Assembly (NCBI GenBank): GCA_027046625.1
Contig: JALTXX010000004.1
Span: 1,698-65,697, forward strand
Source: Candidatus Micrarchaeota archaeon
GTDB taxonomy: Archaea > Iainarchaeota > Iainarchaeia > JAADDC01
DNA: 64,000 nt
Direction: 5' to 3'
Shown: in pieces, positions 47,966 through 59,300 of the stretch
Position numbering within the stretch: the stretch's first letter is position 1
How the letters are laid out: each line of letters begins with the position of its first letter
Position numbers and translations under genes: made by a program
The notes under the pieces: model-generated
Seen by the model: only the letters and a program-made list of their open reading frames with translations
Database searches by the model: none
What the model was told of the DNA's origin: nothing

Positions 47966-50236
47966 GTGTTGGGGTGTAATAAAGTTTATGTGGTTGTGGA
48001 AGTAGAAGGTGGCAAAAGGATACTGAGAATCGATGCCAGAGACTGGCCCACGGGAGGTTCTGTTGTAGACTATCCCGAGAGCATGTTTAGGGTTGTTTCT
48101 GAACTCATGAAGGAAGATGCAGATATTGTAATTGTAACCGACGTTTATGATCATGTATACGGGGAGGACGCCGTAAATATCTTGAAGGAGATTGCAAAAG
48201 TGGGGAAAATCTTCCAATCAGAAGGATACTGGAGCTTCTCTGTAGTAGAGAAATTAGGTAGAGGGTGTGCTAATCCCCTAAAAAATGAACAGGTATGGGT
48301 TGTAAGGGTAACACACGATCTTTGGTTAAGCGATCCTGTAAGGGCTTATCTAGAGGTGCTGAGAAAAATAAAGGGTTACACATCCTTGGATGGTTATCCA
48401 GAGGCTATAAGAAGATGTATAGAGCAATACGTATCCATCCTCAAGAAGATAAAGACTCACATGGAGTCTACAAGGATTATCTCAAAGGTAAGAGAGTACA
48501 TAGCAACCCAGCGACGGGCCCCCGATAGAGGATTCTACAGAACCATCCTTCCCGTCCAAATAAAACCCGCCTTTCTTGGATCGGGTATTATAAGTGGTTT
48601 GGGAGAAGATCTCGAGCTCGTAGACTCCTACACCCTAGAGGGAGATGTGGAAGTATCCATATACAGGGATCCAAACAGTGTAGAGTATTTATACTATCTT
48701 CAAGCACCTGAATTTTCTCTGTCTCCACAACTTTACATGGTATTAGAGAAGGCAAAACAGATGGCAGCAGAGTACACCCCTTCAAGTACCCTCCTAACCT
48801 CCAGATCCTTTGCAAGGCGACAGTTTGAGGAAATGTATATGCAAACCATCATAGATGTGTCCAGACAGATGGGTATTCCTCTAGAAGAGGATGATCTAAG
48901 GCTTCTTTCCTCTATTCTTGCTAGATATACCGTGGGTTATGGTATTCTGGAGCTGTTCTTCTTGGACAGAAACCTAACAGACATATATGTGGATGCACCA
49001 CTAAGTACCAGGCCGGTATATGTACTCCACTCAAGGTACGGCCAGTGTAGAACAAACATTGTATACTCAGAGACGGAAGCAAAGAACTTCGTATCCAAGC
49101 TTAGATCTATGAGCGGAAGACCCTTTGACGAGGCCCATCCTGTTTTGGATTATGATATTCCAGATTTGCACGTAAGAGTAGCCGTTATAGGGCCACCTCT
49201 TTCCCCTGATGGCATTGCCTTCGCATTTAGACTCCACAGACCAACACCTTGGACGCTGCCCCTGTTCCTTGATGTAAATATGTTGACTCCTCTAGCCGCT
49301 GGTCTCTTATCCTTTCTTGTAGACGCCCAATCAACATTGCTCATCTCTGGAAGCAGAGGCTCTGGTAAGACATCTCTCATGACGTCCCTTATACTTGAGA
49401 TACCTCAGAACCAACGCATTCTCGTACAGGAAGACACATTGGAGATTCCCGTGGAAGCTATAAGAAAGCACGGGTATCATATCCAACGCCTAAAGACTAG
49501 GAGTCCTATCGGAGGAGGAGCCGCAGGGGAGGTTCCTCCAGAGGATGCCCTTAGAACAGCCCTCAGGTTGGGAGATTCCGCCATTGTGATAGGAGAGGTG
49601 AGATCTAGAGAGGCGAAGGTACTATACGAAGCCATGAGGGTGGGGGCAGCAGGCAGTACAGTGATGGGAACTATTCACGGTGATTCCGCATATTCTGTGT
49701 GGGATAGAGTGGTCAACGACTTGGGTGTACCCACCACCTCCTTCAAGGCAACGGATGTGGTGGTAGTGAACGCTCCTATTAGATTTGGGGGGTCCCTTAA
49801 AAGGGTAAGAAGAACCATCTCCATAACAGAAGTATTGAAGCATTGGAAGGCAGAACCTTTAGAGGAGGGTGGTTTCCTTGATATTATGAGGTATTCCGCA
49901 GATAGGGATAGATTGGAACTGCTGGAGGATAACGTAAGAAACTCCGAGCTGCTTATGAAGATCGGAAGGCTTAGAGGAATGAGTCCAGAAATGATATGGG
50001 AAGAAATTAGGGCAAGGGGGGAAGAAAAGGCCCTTGTTGCAAGGTTGAGTAGAGAATACAAGGTAAGGGAACTTATGGAAGCGGAGCACTATTCAATTAT
50101 ACATAACAAGTTCCTCCTCCTAAAGGAGCAACAACTGGAAGAGCATGGAGAAGTAGACTACCCCTCCCTCCTCAAGGATCTTGAAAATTGGATAAAGAAC
50201 ACGCTTGTGAGGGAGATCCTTGCCAGGAGAGGCTGA
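47966..50236 (+). CDS. FlaI/GspE-family secretion ATPase with an N-terminal extension of about 200 aa
   Basis: Walker A LISGSRGSGKTS, Asp/His boxes, Walker B region VIGEVRSREA. At 756 aa it is longer than typical FlaI proteins (about 550 aa). Confidence 0.85.
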   Translation: MLGCNKVYVVVEVEGGKRILRIDARDWPTGGSVVDYPESMFRVVSELMKEDADIVIVTDVYDHVYGEDAVNILKEIAKVGKIFQSEGYWSFSVVEKLGRGCANPLKNEQVWVVRVTHDLWLSDPVRAYLEVLRKIKGYTSLDGYPEAIRRCIEQYVSILKKIKTHMESTRIISKVREYIATQRRAPDRGFYRTILPVQIKPAFLGSGIISGLGEDLELVDSYTLEGDVEVSIYRDPNSVEYLYYLQAPEFSLSPQLYMVLEKAKQMAAEYTPSSTLLTSRSFARRQFEEMYMQTIIDVSRQMGIPLEEDDLRLLSSILARYTVGYGILELFFLDRNLTDIYVDAPLSTRPVYVLHSRYGQCRTNIVYSETEAKNFVSKLRSMSGRPFDEAHPVLDYDIPDLHVRVAVIGPPLSPDGIAFAFRLHRPTPWTLPLFLDVNMLTPLAAGLLSFLVDAQSTLLISGSRGSGKTSLMTSLILEIPQNQRILVQEDTLEIPVEAIRKHGYHIQRLKTRSPIGGGAAGEVPPEDALRTALRLGDSAIVIGEVRSREAKVLYEAMRVGAAGSTVMGTIHGDSAYSVWDRVVNDLGVPTTSFKATDVVVVNAPIRFGGSLKRVRRTISITEVLKHWKAEPLEEGGFLDIMRYSADRDRLELLEDNVRNSELLMKIGRLRGMSPEMIWEEIRARGEEKALVARLSREYKVRELMEAEHYSIIHNKFLLLKEQQLEEHGEVDYPSLLKDLENWIKNTLVREILARRG

Positions 50237-52241
50237 ACTGTATAAAAAGCTGTGCACATCAAAGGCCCCAGTTCCCGTCGAGGTAAGGGAGGCTGTAGAG
50301 TTTCTTGAGTGGAAGATTGACCCAGAATGTGTCGGCGGGGCTGCCAGAAAGGGAGCTATCTACGGTTTTCTAGCAGGGCTGGTATTTGTTGTCCTCTACA
50401 TACTTACGTACGCCATGAATTTCGGCTTCGGAGCATTTTTAGAAGCTCTTGTATTTGATATAGCCACGTTAAACCCGTTTACACTGCTTGTATTATTCCT
50501 TCCTATCATTTTAGCATTCATAGCCTACTTTATGCTGCTCTACTATCCCGTCATGAAAAAGGAAGAGGAAATGGGCCAGATTCTCCTTGAACTACCAGAG
50601 GTCATGGGATATGTTGTTCTTTCCCTTAAACTATCTCCCAACCTGGAGAGGGCCCTGTCTTTTGCGGCAGATAACTCTGAGGGAGTTCTAGCAAACCGTA
50701 TAAAGAAGCTTATATGGGAGATGCGCATGGGTGTGTATGCCTCTGCGGAGGAGGCCCTAGATCACCTTATTTACAGGGTAGGAGCCAACATACCGGAACT
50801 AAAACACGCCCTCATGCAAATCAGAGCCTCAACCCTCGAACCCGATGATGCAAGGAGAAACTTCAGGCTGGACAGAGCACTGGATGATATTATAACCTCC
50901 GTAAGGAATAGGTTAGAAGAAAGGGCTTCAAGCATGTACATGCCGTCCATTCAGCTCTTCTACCTTGGTGTATTTTTACCTCTGCTTCTCTTTGTCATCC
51001 TCCCCGTAGCCTCCGCCTTCTCGGATCTACCGCTTGCTACCCTGCCCTCCTTGGTAGCCATTTATATAATAGGGTTGCCCCTCATTATATACATCTTTTC
51101 GCGCTCTATTCTCTCAAAGAGGCCAAACATATACAAACCGCCGGTTCCCCCAAAGGAGAAGGATAGAAAGCATCTATACATAGCGATAGCAGCCGCCATT
51201 GTAGTACTATCAATCTCCTACATCCTACATCTTCAGCTAGATATCACATACGAAAGGGCTGAAGCACTATATTGTGGATATGAAGGATGCCTAAGGGAAA
51301 AATATGGGTTTACTAGCTGGGAAGATGCAAAATACATAGATGAGGTTTCTCAGATACTATCCTCGTATGATACCACCCCATACTGGCTTATATTTGGCGC
51401 GTTGCTCGCTCCCGTGGTTGCAATATCCATATACTTTTTCCTTTCAGAGCGAGCACGCGCCAAAAGAAAGGAAGAGATCATGGAGATGGAAGGAGAGTTT
51501 AAGGACGTCGTATATCTTATGGCTTCCAAAATGGGAGAAGGCAAACCGCTAGAGGGGGCTCTTGAGAGCGTTATAAATCTCATGCCTAATTCCAAGCTTG
51601 TAAGGGAGGTTTTTTCCAAGATACTCTATAACATAAGGGTGATGGGTCTTTCCCTGGGAGATGCTGTATTTCATCCTCTCTTTGGAGCATTAAGGCATAT
51701 TCCTAGTCACTTTCTCAAAAAAGCAACATCTACTGTGGTTAAGTCTGTAGAGCTGGGAACCGAACTAGCTGCAAGAGCACTCATAGCTTTTTCTGACCAG
51801 CTAAGAAAGGAGGAAGAGATTATAAGGATGTTAAGATCTAAAATGGGAGAGATTTATATTATGATTACCTCTATGGTGCTCTTCGTTTCCCCCATCGTGT
51901 TGGGTATTACAGTAGCCCTTCAACAGGTAATTGTAAGCTCTCTCTACTCTGTTGAGGCACCCGAAGTACCCGAAGAGTATGTTTATCAGCTGAACATATC
52001 TGTTCCAAAAATCAATGAGTTGGAAGGTAAGGTGGCGTCCCCGGCGGAATTCCTCACCATAGCGTTCCTTTATAACATCATACTAACCTTTCTCCTCACC
52101 ATCTACTCCGTAAAACTCTACGAAGGGGAGGATCCCATAGCTGTAAGAAGAGCTTTAGCAAGAAATCTTCTCATCTCTTCCCTTCTGTTCATTCTGTCTA
52201 CGTGGGTGTCCCTTTCTATCATAAGAGGTGTAATAGTATGA
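50220..52241 (+). CDS. FlaJ/TadC-like polytopic membrane platform protein (two T2SS-F-like halves)
   Basis: 673 aa with two cytoplasmic helical domains, each followed by transmembrane triplets. Overlaps the ATPase gene by 17 nt. Confidence 0.75.
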   Translation: MPGEAELYKKLCTSKAPVPVEVREAVEFLEWKIDPECVGGAARKGAIYGFLAGLVFVVLYILTYAMNFGFGAFLEALVFDIATLNPFTLLVLFLPIILAFIAYFMLLYYPVMKKEEEMGQILLELPEVMGYVVLSLKLSPNLERALSFAADNSEGVLANRIKKLIWEMRMGVYASAEEALDHLIYRVGANIPELKHALMQIRASTLEPDDARRNFRLDRALDDIITSVRNRLEERASSMYMPSIQLFYLGVFLPLLLFVILPVASAFSDLPLATLPSLVAIYIIGLPLIIYIFSRSILSKRPNIYKPPVPPKEKDRKHLYIAIAAAIVVLSISYILHLQLDITYERAEALYCGYEGCLREKYGFTSWEDAKYIDEVSQILSSYDTTPYWLIFGALLAPVVAISIYFFLSERARAKRKEEIMEMEGEFKDVVYLMASKMGEGKPLEGALESVINLMPNSKLVREVFSKILYNIRVMGLSLGDAVFHPLFGALRHIPSHFLKKATSTVVKSVELGTELAARALIAFSDQLRKEEEIIRMLRSKMGEIYIMITSMVLFVSPIVLGITVALQQVIVSSLYSVEAPEVPEEYVYQLNISVPKINELEGKVASPAEFLTIAFLYNIILTFLLTIYSVKLYEGEDPIAVRRALARNLLISSLLFILSTWVSLSIIRGVIV

Positions 52242-52606
52242 AAGGCCAAGCGTACACACTGTTCAACTACCTCGCATGGGCTGCCTTTTTTGTAGCTGCA
52301 ATAGGGGTTGTGTACATCGTATTCAACAACTCCATAAGACAGGCAACTCCTGTTCCCATCGAAACGATAAACGATGTCCTCCGCAGCGCGGCAGAGCAAA
52401 GAAAGGTAGGTATAGACACCCCTGTATGTGCAGATCTCTACGTTAGCGGTGAAATAACCATTACTAAGGATATTGTGGGAAGATATGGTCTAAATTTGGA
52501 CCTAAAGTGTGAAAACGTAACTTGCAGAGAAGAGGAGGATGGTATAACCATATGGGGCAGTGGGAGATTATGTGTAGAAGGTGGAGTTCTCGTGTGGAAG
52601 CGTTAA
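52238..52606 (+). CDS. Pilin-like protein with class III signal peptide
   Basis: MKG|QAYTLFNYLAWAAFFVAAIGVVYIVF. The ATG overlaps the flaJ-like stop (ATGA). Confidence 0.55.
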   Translation: MKGQAYTLFNYLAWAAFFVAAIGVVYIVFNNSIRQATPVPIETINDVLRSAAEQRKVGIDTPVCADLYVSGEITITKDIVGRYGLNLDLKCENVTCREEEDGITIWGSGRLCVEGGVLVWKR

Positions 52607-52636
52607 TATTTTATATCTCCATCATCTAATAGTGGC

Positions 52637-53050
52637 ATGAAGGGCCAAGCCTTTGAGGTATTCAGGCTTCTCATTGCAGCAGTAATTGGGGGGGCTATCC
52701 TTATGGTATTGTTAGGCATACTTCAGGGCATCATATCACCTACTACAGATCCTCAAACTGCCACAGCCCAGCTTGTAAAGAAAAACTCCAAGTTTGGTGG
52801 TATAGGAACCACAGACGTGATAACTTTCAGAAAGGACATGTACATAGATCTGAGAGCAGTCGCAAGGGAGGCATACCTTGACACGGAATGTGTAAAAGTT
52901 GGAGATGTATTAGAGGGTTTTGAAAAAAAAGATGATAAAGTAATAAGATACGCAGGGACCGGTACAAGGGCAAAGATAATGGTGGAATGCACCGAAAGTG
53001 AAAATAAAAAATGTCCCATCGAGTGTACGGTTTCCATCATCCGTCCTTAA
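52637..53050 (+). CDS. Pilin-like protein with class III signal peptide
   Basis: MKG|QAFEVFRLLIAAVIGGAILMVLLGIL (Glu at +4, as in type IV pilins). Confidence 0.6.
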   Translation: MKGQAFEVFRLLIAAVIGGAILMVLLGILQGIISPTTDPQTATAQLVKKNSKFGGIGTTDVITFRKDMYIDLRAVAREAYLDTECVKVGDVLEGFEKKDDKVIRYAGTGTRAKIMVECTESENKKCPIECTVSIIRP

Positions 53051-53190
53051 AAGGGATGAACGTTTAATATTAGCATGAGAGCAGGTGGAGACTGGAATGT
53101 TATATACCTCCTTGTGGTAGCTATTGTGGCAGCCCTGCTTATTTTCGGGGTGATAAAGCCATCCATGGCTAAAGGGTACAGGGTGGTCAA

Positions 53191-53694
53191 ATGAGGGGTG
53201 TGGAGGCACCCTTCCAATTGGTAGTATCTGTTGTAACCATCCTGTTTGTGCTATACCTTTCCTACATGGTTATATCCAATGCCATACGGGAGGATTGTTC
53301 CAAGAAGATAGATATCCAGCTTAGGAACATTGCAACCACCGTTTCCACAGCTGTGTATTCATCTCCTCCCACTAAACTCATGGAAAGGTTCGACTTTAGG
53401 TGTGGGGGGATGGTAGGGGACTACTATGTTAGTGTTAAGGGTTCTTCCAACGAAACCGAATGTCTTAGAGTGTGCGGATATTCATATAGTGGGCAATGTG
53501 TATATCTTATCCTTGAGGTAAGGAGGGGAGAGGAGGTTCTAAATAGATCCTATGCCTGTATAGAGGGAGCGGTACCCTCCCACAACATAACAATAAATGG
53601 CGGTAAAGATAAAGTAAAGGTGTCTCCACCCTATGGGAGTGTAGAAATAGAAAAAACAGAGGATGGGATTACCTTGCGGTGGAACAGAAGGTGA
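53191..53694 (+). CDS. Pilin-like protein (class III-like signal)
   Basis: MRG|VEAPFQLVVSVVTILFVLYLSYMV, 167 aa. Confidence 0.5.
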   Translation: MRGVEAPFQLVVSVVTILFVLYLSYMVISNAIREDCSKKIDIQLRNIATTVSTAVYSSPPTKLMERFDFRCGGMVGDYYVSVKGSSNETECLRVCGYSYSGQCVYLILEVRRGEEVLNRSYACIEGAVPSHNITINGGKDKVKVSPPYGSVEIEKTEDGITLRWNRR

Positions 53695-53698
53695 AAGA

Positions 53699-54181
53699 AT
53701 GTTAGATTACATACTCTCAAGGCTGATGCTCCTTATATTTCTTCTCCTCATTGTGGGTACCATTGTTTCTTACAAAGACTTCCTTGGGGATATGTTTGCC
53801 TCTGCAGGAGCCAAATCCTTGGTGCTAAAGGTAGGAGAGAAGATTAGAAGCATTGCTCTAAGCCTTACTGTTACCAGCGCTGAGGAAGCCATCAGATTGC
53901 CGTCCTATATAAGATCTGGGCCTGTAAGGCTGGATTACAATATGGTATTTGGGTGTAACGGTAGTGAACTAGGCATAGGAGTAAAATCCACCAGAGGAAA
54001 CCTTCTATACTTCAAAACATGGAACCTAAAACCCTCTGATAGAGGCATAAAGATCCGGATTCCAAAAAACGACGTAGAGGCGGGGGATATTCTTTATATT
54101 AAGAAATCTTCCACCCTAAGTGAGGTAACCCTCACCATAAAGCCAAGGAATGGGGAAGTGAGAACATGCCAAGCCTCATAG
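53699..54181 (+). CDS. Small N-terminally anchored protein (possible minor pilin)
   Basis: MLDYILSRLMLLIFLLLIVGTIVSY, then a beta-rich body. Start taken at an internal Met. Confidence 0.4.
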   Translation: MLDYILSRLMLLIFLLLIVGTIVSYKDFLGDMFASAGAKSLVLKVGEKIRSIALSLTVTSAEEAIRLPSYIRSGPVRLDYNMVFGCNGSELGIGVKSTRGNLLYFKTWNLKPSDRGIKIRIPKNDVEAGDILYIKKSSTLSEVTLTIKPRNGEVRTCQAS

Positions 54182-54543
54182 ATATGGGTGCCATTATACC
54201 CATTGTAATGGCCCTTCTACTTTTCTTCGGAACGCTAGTGTATACCATAAATACGATAGAGGAGAAAAACAAGAAAATGGAGCTACTATTTGCCCTCTTC
54301 GAGGTATCCAACATGCTAACAGAGAAGGGTGTGGTTACAGACGAATGGATTGAAAAGGTTAAGGAAACGTTAGAAAATGATGATTACGAGTTTTGTATAG
54401 AGAAGAGAGGAGAAAACACATGCGAAGCACGGTCGCCCACCTATATAAGCCTTGAGTTTCCTGTTTCCTTCCAAACAAATAAAGATGGAATTCCATTCAA
54501 TGAGATAAGAGTCCTAAAGGTGGTAGTATGGCCAAAGGTATAG
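54166..54543 (+). CDS. Small N-terminally anchored protein (possible minor pilin)
   Basis: MPSLIDMGAIIPIVMALLLFFGTLVYT, 125 aa. Confidence 0.4.
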   Translation: MPSLIDMGAIIPIVMALLLFFGTLVYTINTIEEKNKKMELLFALFEVSNMLTEKGVVTDEWIEKVKETLENDDYEFCIEKRGENTCEARSPTYISLEFPVSFQTNKDGIPFNEIRVLKVVVWPKV

Positions 54544-55046
54544 CTGCAGTGTTTGATGCGGTATTCCTCCTCATTATTGCTTCCATAGCCTCCGGCATAC
54601 TACTTTCTGTAACATACGGATATGGGTCTTCCTTTGAAAGACATGCAAAGGGTGTACTCATGAATTACTATGCTAAACAGGTGGTAAAGGCCCTTGTAAC
54701 GGCCTCTATAGAAAGAGACGGAGTTCCAGACTACCTCCTGTCCTACCTCAAGGAAAGTATAGAGGCTGGGAGAGATATGACAGAATTGGAGAATATGCTG
54801 AAAGATATTGTTACAAAGGCTATGGAGCCTGTAAGAGATAGATATGACTATGTGGTATCTCTGAAAACAGAGAATGGCAGCATATTCATCTGCAACGACA
54901 ACATTATTGAAAACGACCCCTTGGATAACTACTTCGGCCCAAGGTACAGCTCCAGTACAAAGATATACATGGATATAAAAGGAAGGTACGTTCCCATTAC
55001 CATTACGGTTACCCTCACTCCTCGAGGGATTTTAGAATGTCCATAA
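54528..55046 (+). CDS. Pilin-like protein with class III signal peptide
   Basis: MAKG|IAAVFDAVFLLIIASIASGILLSV, 172 aa. Confidence 0.5.
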   Translation: MAKGIAAVFDAVFLLIIASIASGILLSVTYGYGSSFERHAKGVLMNYYAKQVVKALVTASIERDGVPDYLLSYLKESIEAGRDMTELENMLKDIVTKAMEPVRDRYDYVVSLKTENGSIFICNDNIIENDPLDNYFGPRYSSSTKIYMDIKGRYVPITITVTLTPRGILECP

Positions 55047-55875
55047 CGTCTTCTTCCTTCTTTTCTTCCCCCTCCTCCTCAAGCAGAGATAGAAGGTCGT
55101 CTTCCTTCTTCTTTTTGGCTCCTTCCTTCCTCTCCTCCTTATTCTCTACCATAACACTCCCGAAGATTTCTGGAAATATGTCATCTGCCACCTTAGAAAT
55201 ATAATCTTCCCTTCTAGGATCCCTTCCATCCTTTATTTCATGCATAAAGAAGTCTACTATTACCTCTGCATGTTCTTTCATATAGCTTCTTACCTTCCTT
55301 CTGGACATAGCAAGCTCTTTGAAGCTTATTCTACCCTCTTCTCTCATCTTTTCCTCCACCCTCTTCATGAGCTCTCTCTCTAGATGGGAATACGCCACCT
55401 TTACCATCTTCTCTATCTCCGCCTTGGAAAGGGGTCGTTTTTTTGGAACCTCCTTCGTTTTTTCCTTCTGTTCTTCCTTCTTTTCCTTTTCCTCTTCTCT
55501 CTTTTCTTCTCTACCACTTGCCTCTTTTTCCCCCGTAGTTTCTTGCTGCTTCTCATCCTCTTTCTTTTCTCCCCCTTTCTCACCTCCGGCCTCCTTCTTT
55601 CTCTCCAAAACAACTTCCTCTCTCCTCTCCTTCTTATCCTCTACAGGAGGCAGAGACGCATACTCCCTTAGATTATTTACCACCTCCATAAACAACCTTA
55701 TCTCATCCAACTCATCTGTCTCCTTAACTTTTGCAACCCTTTCCCTCCTCTCCTGCTTCACCTTCTGGGATCCAAAGCTAAACTCTTCCACCTGAATAGC
55801 TTTGTCCTTCTTCACCTCCTTCCTAGGTTCCTTCTTACCTCTCCCAAAGAGGGATAGCAAACGCTGCAGCATCAT
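55015..55875 (-). CDS. E/K-rich low-complexity protein (hypothetical)
   Basis: 286 aa with a long KE/EK repeat core and ordered termini. Convergent 32-nt overlap with the last pilin-like gene. Confidence 0.45.
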   Translation of the reverse strand: MMLQRLLSLFGRGKKEPRKEVKKDKAIQVEEFSFGSQKVKQERRERVAKVKETDELDEIRLFMEVVNNLREYASLPPVEDKKERREEVVLERKKEAGGEKGGEKKEDEKQQETTGEKEASGREEKREEEKEKKEEQKEKTKEVPKKRPLSKAEIEKMVKVAYSHLERELMKRVEEKMREEGRISFKELAMSRRKVRSYMKEHAEVIVDFFMHEIKDGRDPRREDYISKVADDIFPEIFGSVMVENKEERKEGAKKKKEDDLLSLLEEEGEEKKEEDVMDILKSLEE

Positions 55876-55906
55876 CCTTTAACACGTTCTCCTCCTATAA
55901 ATACTT

Positions 55907-56305
55907 ATGGATCTCCTTTCACCCATCATTCCATCCATTATCCTTGGAACCATCTTCTATATTTTCAAAAACCATACACCATACCTTATTCCTATAGCAA
56001 TCTCAATAATCTGGTTCTTCTATATCATATACGGATTTGGAGCGTGTCCTTTGCCGCCGCCCCATATAGAACTAACATGCAATTTTGATATAAGCATACT
56101 TTATGGGGCGGCGGCATCCTCAGCAGCAGTGGGCATCATCTCTTTTGTGTTTACAGCCGTGGGCGTGGGGATTTTTAGGTGGATAAAGGTGAAGAACCTG
56201 TGGGTAAGATATGTGGTGAGCACTTATATTACACTTCTACTCTTACAGTTATGGGTGGTGGTGTTTCCATGGACCATAGAACTCTTGTATGGATTCTTCT
56301 CATAG
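55907..56305 (+). CDS. Small polytopic membrane protein (hypothetical)
   Basis: 132 aa with four hydrophobic helices, immediately upstream of the giant surface protein. Confidence 0.35.
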   Translation: MDLLSPIIPSIILGTIFYIFKNHTPYLIPIAISIIWFFYIIYGFGACPLPPPHIELTCNFDISILYGAAASSAAVGIISFVFTAVGVGIFRWIKVKNLWVRYVVSTYITLLLLQLWVVVFPWTIELLYGFFS

Positions 56306-59300
56306 GAAGCATGGCCTACGGAAACATAATGTGTGAAGTGGTAGAGGATGGAGATATTTCAAAGCTCATAATCAACACTGTATACAGAGAGGACGGTATA
56401 CATCCCTTCTCCTCCATTACTACAAATTCCCAGGAGGGAGAACAGATAGATGTGGATTCCATGGTATTGGTAGATGGTGAGGGAAGGGCATATGATGTGG
56501 AAGTGGGCAAGGAGGCAGCCCCCGTGGAGAATACCATCCTGGGAGGAAGTTACTATGAGGGCCCCTTTGTGGTGACCTATCTTCTTTCTGACACCCTTCG
56601 CATCGCGAAGGTCGGTGTCCACTCCTACGGAGAGGGTGCCCTTCTTAGGGAGCGTTTTGAAGGCACTTATGGGATATCCCTCTATGAAACACTAAAAAAC
56701 ATCGCAAAGAACATCAAGGAGTTCGTATTCTTTGTGAATGAACAAACACCTCCCATAAATAACGTTATAAACGCCGAGAACTTTTCTGCAAGTGTTGTAT
56801 GTGCATCATCTTCCTGTAAAAAAGAGCTGTACTCATTGCTTACTAAGTATATGAATCTGGGGGCGTCCTCCGAGATGGCCGTGGAGTTTCTAAACTTTAA
56901 GTTTGTGATAGGTCCTGCAAAGAGGGCAGCTGAAGGTGCATTAGCCTTAGGGAAGATTTCAGTTCCCGAATCCAAGTTTGTAGAAGGGTTGAAGAACAAG
57001 CTTAGAGCTCTGAACTTTTTTGGGAGAAAACAGTTAGAGGAGGCAAAAAACCTGTTCAAGGGACTATCTGACGGTGAGAAAGAGGCCATAAAAGGTATTT
57101 TAGATTCGCCTTCTGAATGGTACGCGCACACCGGAAAGCTTTCCCTTCAAGGAAAGACAGCAGCCTACATATTTACAAAGGAGCTCAAGAACGTAAAGTT
57201 CGAGAAGCTTATCGTAGAGGAGGGAGGAAAGAAGTACCTACTTGTAAACAAATTGGAGGAAGCTATAAAGAATATGGAGGAGTTCGGAAAGAAGGTAGGC
57301 GATATACAGAGTTTGACGGGATCTGAAAGACTAAAGGAGATGAAGCAGCTGGCAGATAGTGTAAAGAAAACGCTTGAACAGATAAAAAACAATGTAAAAA
57401 ATAAGAATATAGAAAAAATACCGTTAAAGGAGCTTGCAAGCCAGCTCAAAGGAAAGGTAAAACTAGAGGATCTAGAGAAGATAAAACAACTGAGAGAAAT
57501 GCTGGATGACTACAGCAGCATTGTAAGAAACTTGGAAGACAAGGTACCCCTTGTTCTATCTCAAGCGGATCTCATAGGCGATGAGATGGAGAGGATGCTA
57601 TCAAAAGAATCTGGGAGCAGAACAGGCAGGGCTCTTGTTGCCAAGGGCGTTGCCACACCCCTTATGTTCTATCTTACAAGAACCACCCCCCTCCCCCCTG
57701 ATGTCACCTTTGAGGGTATTAACTCTAACCTCTCAAAAATCTTTCCCGTAAAGAGGGCGTACCAGATACCAAGCAGCTGGACTACCATGGATTTGAAACC
57801 TTCTAACATGGAAGGGGTATTTATGGATGTCCTCATAGGGCATGGAAGCGATCCTGGAAACATATTTAGGAGCATCCTTACCATCTTACCAATAGGGCTC
57901 ATCGACAGGGTTATAACGAGTGTTACAGGCTCTAATCCCCTCGATATTGTAGATATGATACCCGATCCTGAGGATGAAGAACTATACAGGATGAAAGATG
58001 CTGTGGTAATGCTGGCAACCACCAACAACTGCCAAACATGTTACATAGAGGACGGGAAAAGCTTCTCAGGTCCAAAGCTCTTCCTCTCTCTAACAGAGAA
58101 CCAGAGAGAAAAATCTACCCTTATAACCTTCTTTAGAAGGATGGACCTTATCGCAGATGGAAAGAGGCTCATTGATACGAGTAACAGCGAAAACTTATGC
58201 TCCCAGAAATGTTTTCTTGTAAGAAATATGACAGAGGCCTCCGGCAAGGAACCATTTGCTGCCCTTTTCTTGCACGGATTACTCATAGGATATGTGGTAC
58301 CGTCCTTTGGCGGTTTAACGCTCACCCTTATCATATCTGCGGCTACCTCTCCCGTCTTTGCAGATTGTTTCACATGCACAGATACCACATTTGGATACTA
58401 TCTTCATGTATTGAGTTTCTCGCCTCCCAAAGAAGAGGAACCCATGCCTGTAGACAAGGTAAAGGCCGCGGTAGAACAATTGGGTGTAGATATTAAGCAG
58501 GTTGAGGAGTGGATTTCCAGTTACAAGAAAGGGGAAATAGAGAAGCAAAGATCTATGTTGTATTCCACACTCACCAACGCCAAAGGTAAGATGGAGGGAC
58601 TTGTTATCAGTATATGGACAAAACCGTCCTTTTCTATGCCCACAAGATTCAAAGGTGGGGTAGAACTCTCCACAGAGGATGGAGAAAAGCTTCGTATCGA
58701 TGAAACCACGGTAACATCCAAGGATGGTTCTGTTACAGCTCCCGGGGCCGGCATATCAACGGTAGAAACGGAAATACCAGGTATGATCGTGCCTACAAAC
58801 CTCTCCCGAGTAAATCTATCCTCTATTTCCCTGGAGGTAACATCCCAGGAGAATTATATTATTGGGGAGGCGCTTCAGCAGTGTTTAAGCGTTGAGCCTG
58901 GTAGAATAAAGCTCGTAAAAGCAGAAAAGGGAAGTATAAAGGTAGAAGAGGATGGTTTGTACGTTACAAGTGATGATTATGTAGGGCCTGCAAGCAAGAT
59001 AACAGTGGAGAATGGAATTGTTAGGGCAACAGTAACTGACATAACACCAGAAGGAATAACACAGAAGGACATAGAGCTCGGAAAGCTTATTTCAATAGTA
59101 TTTGAGAGGGTATCTGTTGTTTCAAAGGGTGACAGTGCCTATGTATGGAACAAAGGCGACTCCGTTCCCCAAGAAAGTGTGGAAGATGCTGATTTGGAAA
59201 CAGATGGAGAAAGCGTCTCCCTCAGTATAACTCCATCTTCAGATGCAACGAGGGAGGAGGTAAAGACCATAGATAAGGGAGAGGAGATGTTAGATGATAT

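Noticed and set aside
55319-55795. Plus-strand ORFs 55319..55795 and 55384..55671, and minus-strand ORF 55413..55613
   Set aside because: Alternative or antisense frames of the KE-repeat region of gene 55015..55875. Repeats of this type are open in several frames.
56179-56268. The 5' extension of the giant protein ORF (start at 56179)
   Set aside because: The first 30 codons overlap the small membrane gene 55907..56305 and precede an excellent signal peptide beginning at Met 56269. The downstream start is more plausible.
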